From positions 3,360 through 67,359 of the forward strand of contig NZ_CAMTIK010000009.1 in the NCBI RefSeq assembly GCF_947072685.1: 64,000 nt of DNA, in the 5' to 3' direction. Position 1 is the stretch's first letter; the number at the start of each line of letters is the position of its first letter. The DNA comes from an uncultured Cetobacterium sp. Lineage in GTDB: Bacteria; Fusobacteriota; Fusobacteriia; Fusobacteriales; Fusobacteriaceae. The position numbers and the translations under genes were made by a program. Below, piece by piece: positions 59,293 to 64,000 of this stretch. Below the pieces are notes generated by a model. That model searched no databases and had not been told where the DNA came from. It was given only the letters and a program-made list of their open reading frames with translations.

Positions 59293-60720
59293 TTATTTTT
59301 TATTTTTTTCTTCATTTTCTCTATAACTTTTTTCACTTAAAAACTTAATTATTACCCCTATTAACATAAACATTAATAATCCACCATAATATAGTTTTAT
59401 TCTACCTAACTGTTTTATAACTGGGATTGTAAAATCATAGCCTGCAAAGATAAACGCTACCAAAGTCATAAATGCAACAGAAACTCCTGCCAATATTGGC
59501 ACAACTTTTCCTCTAGATATCTGAAAAGGTGCCACATATCCCTTATACCTAAAAACTATATAACTAATTCCCAAACAAAAATATGGGATAATTAGAGCCA
59601 TTGTTGTCATATCATAAACTCTATAATATAACTCCTCCGCGGCTGCTCCACCAAATGTATTTAAAGCTATAAATAAAAAAGCTAGTGCTGTCTGAAATAT
59701 AAGTGCATTTCTTAAGATTCCATTCTTATCATTTTTTTTTGTTAACCATTTTGGGAATGTCCCTTTTGGAGCTTCACTAAAAACACCTGCTGCTAAAGAT
59801 GTTCCCCAAAGAATTAATGCTACAAGAGTTATAAGTGTATATGCAATCCCCATAAGTTTAACAAACCAAATTCCTAATCCTATTTTATCTCCCATAAACT
59901 TAAATCCTGCTAAAACTGCACTTATCAAAGATATCTTTGAAAAATCTTCCTGTGTTCCGAACGCCGATACTGCAATAATTCCTAAAACATATAAAACTCC
60001 AATCAATAATGACGCTAAAAATAGTCCTTTTACAAAGTTTTTTTCTGGATTTTCAACTTGATTTACATAAGGTCCTACAACTTCTCCACCACCAAATGCA
60101 AATAATATCCAAGAAAAACTTCCTAATGCTCCTGCCAAATCAGCTTTTGAGCTCATATTTATTTTAAATGATTCAACTGCCAAAGTTGTCGATCCCTGTC
60201 CAGTTAAATGCAAGTATATTCCTGCAATTAAAAATATCATAACTGTAAATAATGATATATATCCTACTGGTTTAGATAGTGATCCAATAGCTTTTTGATA
60301 TTTAACTCCTATTATAAGTGAGATTACTAGTGCCACTAAAGACAGTCCTGCTGTTTGAGTATTTGATATATTTGCATCACCAAACAGACCAAAACTTAAG
60401 TATGTTGGTACTCTTGTTGCAAGGGTTGGCAAATAAAATATATTTGCTATAAAATATGACCATATCGCAAAATATGCCATCTTTTTTCCTAGACCAATCT
60501 CTATCCAAGAGTATATTCCACTTGTTCTATCCTTTGCATAAGCTCCAAATTCAGCCATTATTAAACATAGTGGTAAAAAGTAAAAAAATATTCCTATAAT
60601 CAACATCGTGACGGAAGATAACCCTACTTCTTTAAAGTTATTGGCAATATTACCAAATCCAAATACTCCTAAAAATATCATCATTACTAAAGATGATACC
60701 GATAGATACTTTCTTTTCAT
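59293..60720 (-). CDS. APC-family amino acid permease (YjeM/GadC-like)
   Basis: GFGNI, FYFLP..L..AE, FAFGG.E, NG....ALIFQ motifs. Start placed at 60720 behind an AGGGAG SD. Confidence 0.85.
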   Translation of the reverse strand: MKRKYLSVSSLVMMIFLGVFGFGNIANNFKEVGLSSVTMLIIGIFFYFLPLCLIMAEFGAYAKDRTSGIYSWIEIGLGKKMAYFAIWSYFIANIFYLPTLATRVPTYLSFGLFGDANISNTQTAGLSLVALVISLIIGVKYQKAIGSLSKPVGYISLFTVMIFLIAGIYLHLTGQGSTTLAVESFKINMSSKADLAGALGSFSWILFAFGGGEVVGPYVNQVENPEKNFVKGLFLASLLIGVLYVLGIIAVSAFGTQEDFSKISLISAVLAGFKFMGDKIGLGIWFVKLMGIAYTLITLVALILWGTSLAAGVFSEAPKGTFPKWLTKKNDKNGILRNALIFQTALAFLFIALNTFGGAAAEELYYRVYDMTTMALIIPYFCLGISYIVFRYKGYVAPFQISRGKVVPILAGVSVAFMTLVAFIFAGYDFTIPVIKQLGRIKLYYGGLLMFMLIGVIIKFLSEKSYRENEEKNKK

Positions 60721-60886
60721 TCTCAACTCCCTTTCCAATTGTTGTATTTAAAAACAATTTTTATAATACCACTTTTCATACAATAATGCAATTTTTTTTG
60801 TTATTTAATTAACAAATTTTAACAGTGTAATTTTTTAATTAAATGCTGTATAATATAAAGAAACAAAATATTTAGGGGTGATATCT

Positions 60887-61477
60887 ATGATTAAAATTAA
60901 TGCTATTGGACAAACATGTCCTATGCCTGTTATTATGACCAAAAATGCTTTAAAAGAAATTTTACAAGGTGTTGTTATTGTTTCAGTTGATAATAATATT
61001 TCAAAAGAAAATATAGAAAAATTTGCTAAAGAGATGGGGTTTTATTTTTCTACAAAAGAGGATAAAGGAATCTACTCTGTTGAAATAACAAAAGGACTAT
61101 CCCCTGAGCACAAAATTTCTCCTAATGATATGACTTTAGAGGATAATACCGTCATTGTTATTGCCAGTGACAAAATGGGTGAAGGGGATGAATTATTGGG
61201 AGAAACTCTCATGAAAGGATTTATTTATACTCTTACCGAGATGGAGGTATTACCTAAAACTATTTTGTTCTATAATAAAGGTATCTTTTTTACATCTAAT
61301 ATAGAGTCTTCTATTAAAGATTTAAAAACTCTTGAAAAAAGAGGTGTTGAGATTCTTTCTTGTGGAGCTTGTGCTAATTTTTATCATCTTGAAAACAATA
61401 TAGCTGTAGGAACAATAACTAATATGTATAGTATAATTGAAAAACAGATGAAAGCCAGAAAGGTGATTCGACCATAA
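60887..61477 (+). CDS. yedF: Selenium metabolism protein YedF (TusA + DsrE domains)
   Basis: G..CPMPV (TusA CPxP), GEGDE.LG..LMK.F, ILSCGAC. Confidence 0.88.
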   Translation: MIKINAIGQTCPMPVIMTKNALKEILQGVVIVSVDNNISKENIEKFAKEMGFYFSTKEDKGIYSVEITKGLSPEHKISPNDMTLEDNTVIVIASDKMGEGDELLGETLMKGFIYTLTEMEVLPKTILFYNKGIFFTSNIESSIKDLKTLEKRGVEILSCGACANFYHLENNIAVGTITNMYSIIEKQMKARKVIRP

Positions 61478-61752
61478 TGAATATAGAAAAATTTTTAGTT
61501 ATCACTATTGACTCAACCCACCTAGTTATGAAAGTTGAAAAACTTTTGCTTACTTCCCATTTGGATGTTAGAGTTATCCCACTTCCTGGAGAGCTTAAAG
61601 CTAGTTGCGGTCTCTCTATTAGAGGCCACGTTGAAGATGCCAATAATATTTTAAATATTTTAAAAAGCAATCAAATAGAAGATAGCTTATACTCTTTTTA
61701 TCTTTGTGAAAAAATTGGTTTTAAAAAGAATTTTTTTACTTTTAATTTTTAA
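61477..61752 (+). CDS. DUF3343 small putative Se/S carrier
   Basis: STH.VMK.EK.L, IP.P.EL.ASCGLSI. Translationally coupled to yedF. Confidence 0.8.
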   Translation: MNIEKFLVITIDSTHLVMKVEKLLLTSHLDVRVIPLPGELKASCGLSIRGHVEDANNILNILKSNQIEDSLYSFYLCEKIGFKKNFFTFNF

Positions 61753-61781
61753 TTTTTTATGATATAATAATTTTATAAATT

Positions 61782-61875
61782 GGAAGCGGATGAGTTACTG
61801 GTGTACTCAGCAGTCTTCAAAACTGTCTTGGCGAGTCAAATCGCTGGTAGGTTCGATTCCTATACGCTTCCGCCA
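61782..61875 (+). tRNA. selC: tRNA-Sec(UCA)
   Basis: 94 nt, GGAAGCGG...GCAGT-CT-TCA-AA-ACTGT, long variable arm, GGTTCGATTCC...CTTCCGCCA. Confidence 0.95.
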
Positions 61876-61993
61876 ATTTTTAGATTTCAACCTCACTTAC
61901 TTGTGAGGTTTTTTTATCTCTTAAATTGGATATAAACAGTAAAAAAGTGGAAGAATTGATTCATTAACCAATCCATCCACTTTAAAAATAGTT

Positions 61994-62362
61994 TTAGAAT
62001 ATTTCTTTGTATAAAACCTCATCCGGCAATAGGTCTTTATCTAATTCTACTCTAACCTCAACAGGAATATTTCTCCCTGTCTCTGTTTGAGTATATTTAC
62101 TAGCTTCCATAAAGAACTCTCTAACTTTCATTTTATTTAATTTTTCAAACTCTTGCTTTTGATCATCACCTTTAAGCTCAACTTTTAATTCAATTTTTTT
62201 TCCTTCAATATCGATATCATATTCATGTATTCTTACTGAATTTACACCATCTGTGATTATTGAATATTTGTTCATTAGCCCATCTTCTACCATATCTTCT
62301 TTTGAATTTGCCAAAACTGTCATAGAACCTAAAACAGACAATAACAATAAAAACTTTTTCAT
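61994..62362 (-). CDS. Hypothetical exported protein
   Basis: SD AGGA, signal peptide MKKFLLLLSVLGSMTVLA, acidic mature part. No family recognised. Confidence 0.65.
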   Translation of the reverse strand: MKKFLLLLSVLGSMTVLANSKEDMVEDGLMNKYSIITDGVNSVRIHEYDIDIEGKKIELKVELKGDDQKQEFEKLNKMKVREFFMEASKYTQTETGRNIPVEVRVELDKDLLPDEVLYKEIF

Positions 62363-62495
62363 TTACATTCCTCCTATTAATACATCTGAATCAATTATAC
62401 CTCAAATTTGCCCATTCAATCAAGACTTTTTTCAATTTAGTATTTATTTTACAGACTTACTTTACAACTTATTTTAGATATACTATCATTTTAGT

Positions 62496-62696
62496 ATCAC
62501 TGAATCTATTAATATACCTTTCATACAATTAGAAGAAAGACTTTCTGAAATTCCAAAAAATAAAAAAATTGTGGTTTACTGTAATAGTGGCGGAACTGGA
62601 AGTAAAGCTCAAATACTTCTTCTTAACAATCATTTTTCTGTATCGGTGGATTCAATAAATTTCCAAAATAAGAAATATAAAAAAACCTCCACATAG
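62496..62696 (+). pseudogene. Single-domain rhodanese remnant (no start codon, internal frameshift)
   Basis: Translates ITESINIPFIQLEERLSEIPKNKKIVVYCNSGG...AQILLLNN. The expected IGGFNKF appears in a shifted frame. Upstream in-frame TAG at 62475. Confidence 0.7.
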
Positions 62697-62810
62697 GAGG
62701 TCTTTTTAGCTACCAAATTAATTGGAGCTTCGTTTTATAGAATGAATCTACTCAAACGTTTGTACTATATTATTCTACTTTTTTTTAACTTTCCTTTATT
62801 TTAAAAAATA

Positions 62811-63386
62811 TTATTTTGCCCAAATTTTTTCTAAAAATTGATCTCTCCCTGAACGATATCTATAATATTTATATCTTATTGGATTTTTCTTATAATAGTT
62901 TTGATGATATTCTTCAGCAGAATAAAAATTTTTGAATGGTATTAGAGCAACTTTCATCTCTTTAAAATTCCCAGCCTCTTTTATGAGACTCAACTCTTTT
63001 AAAGCATCTTTTTTTTGGTTTTCATTCAAATAAAATATTGCTGGTGAGTATTGAAATCCTCTATCAATAAATTCTCCGTCTCCATCTGTTGGATCTATGT
63101 GCTTTAAAAAATAATTGATTATATTAGCATAACTTATCTCACTATCCTCATATTTTACTAAAACTGATTCTCTATGACCAGTTCCACCAGCTGAAACCTC
63201 TTCATATGTTGGACTTTTAATAGTTCCTCCTGAGTATCCTGAAATAACACTCTTCACTCCTGAAAGTTTTTCTAAATCACTTTCAACACACCAAAAACAA
63301 CCGCCTGCTAAATACGCTTCTTTAATTTCAGCATTCACTATAGCCGTTGATAATAATATTCCTAAAATAATCAACCACTTTTTCAT
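62811..63386 (-). CDS. msrA: Exported peptide-methionine (S)-S-oxide reductase
   Basis: Signal peptide, AGGCFWC, GYSGG, YEEVS.G.TGH.E, DRG.QY, AEEYHQNYY motifs. Confidence 0.93.
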   Translation of the reverse strand: MKKWLIILGILLSTAIVNAEIKEAYLAGGCFWCVESDLEKLSGVKSVISGYSGGTIKSPTYEEVSAGGTGHRESVLVKYEDSEISYANIINYFLKHIDPTDGDGEFIDRGFQYSPAIFYLNENQKKDALKELSLIKEAGNFKEMKVALIPFKNFYSAEEYHQNYYKKNPIRYKYYRYRSGRDQFLEKIWAK

Positions 63387-63409
63387 TATACACCATCCTT
63401 TTTTATCTT

Positions 63410-63736
63410 TTATTCCACTATTATTTTAAAATCCATTTTTTTATGGCCGGCTCCACATGGAACTGTACATTTCCCCGTAAATTCTCCAACTTTAGTTGGA
63501 ATTATATCCACTGATTCAGATTTTTCCGGAGTTGCTTGTAAGTTAAATTTTAAATCCTTCGATCCCAACCCATGTTCACCTTCTCTGCTAATTAATGTTA
63601 ATTTTACTGGTTCATCCTTCTTCAAAATAACCTCTTTGGGTTCATATCCCCAATTATAAGCAATAATTTTAACTTCTTTTCCCAAAACTATACTAGATAA
63701 AAACAAACATAATCCTAAAATCTTTAAACTTTTCAT
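63410..63736 (-). CDS. Exported cupredoxin-domain protein with a CuA-like motif
   Basis: Signal peptide, EHGL, G.F..KCTVPCGAGHKKM. ATG 63736 lies behind AGGAGG. Confidence 0.78.
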   Translation of the reverse strand: MKSLKILGLCLFLSSIVLGKEVKIIAYNWGYEPKEVILKKDEPVKLTLISREGEHGLGSKDLKFNLQATPEKSESVDIIPTKVGEFTGKCTVPCGAGHKKMDFKIIVE

Positions 63737-63804
63737 AAACACCTCCTAAAATAACTCAACTTAGAAGTTAATACCATATAAATCTATGTTTTCATTTTTA
63801 TTTT

Positions 63805-64000
63805 TTATAACTGTGATGCCAAATCTTTATTTTTTATTGAATTATATTTTTCTAAATCTAATTTCCCTTCACTTTTTGCTACATAGATTGATACCGCGCT
63901 GTCCCCCACAACATTTAATGCCGTTAGTAGCATTTCTAGTGGTCTATTTATTCCCAATATTATTGCATATGCTGAAACTGCTATTTCATTGCTATATCCC
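63805..64000 (-). CDS. DAACS-family (dicarboxylate/amino acid:cation) symporter, C-terminal fragment (5'-partial)
   Basis: Own translation: ...AIILGINRPLEMLLTALNVVGDSAVSIYVAKSEGKLD..., matching the MxxTxxNVxGD motif. Missing from the ORF track. Confidence 0.85.
   Translation of the reverse strand, partial: GYSNEIAVSAYAIILGINRPLEMLLTALNVVGDSAVSIYVAKSEGKLDLEKYNSIKNKDLASQL

Noticed and set aside
3193-62477. Many 60-170 aa antisense or alternate-frame ORFs (e.g. 10633..10962, 14862..15260, 17287..17799, 34094..34420, 39641..40018)
   Set aside because: They lie wholly within well-supported genes, lack an SD and show no family motifs, so they are treated as shadow ORFs.
1-64000. CRISPR array, prophage, intact IS or rRNA
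   Set aside because: No regularly spaced repeats, phage, integrase or transposase ORFs, or rRNA-like sequence were seen on reading both strands.

Overview
A low-GC (roughly 30% by eye) chromosomal window from an anaerobe. The gene content points to Fusobacteriaceae, possibly Cetobacterium-like (inference). It is mostly metabolic and housekeeping. It holds a complete lysine-fermentation operon (NhaC-type transporter, kal, kce, kdd, kamA, kamB, kamC, kamD, kamE) next to the butyrate genes (crt-hbd, a TetR gene, atoDA-thl-bcd-etfBA-atoE). It also has an ornithine decarboxylase/arginase fusion locus, two tandem acyl-ligase/ACP/acyltransferase fusions, several redox and sulfur-transfer genes, an AroB-Ppx fusion, lepA and tRNA-Leu(CAA). 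The selenocysteine machinery is present: selD (itself a selenoprotein that the ORF track truncates), selA, selB, yedF, DUF3343 and selC. No intact transposase, prophage, rRNA or CRISPR array was seen. The best novel candidate is an unannotated leader ORF (TTG-AAA-TGA-AAT-AAC-TGA, read M-K-U-N-N-U) with its own promoter and SD. It carries a SECIS-like hairpin whose geometry matches this genome's selD SECIS, and if recoded it overlaps the start of a triple-rhodanese gene, so it may be a selenium-sensing translational switch. Other highlights are a 70/71-bp copy of the lepA promoter joined to an IS200/IS605-like hairpin, a shared 16-bp operator linking the lysine and butyrate operons, and an unannotated 44-aa small membrane protein.
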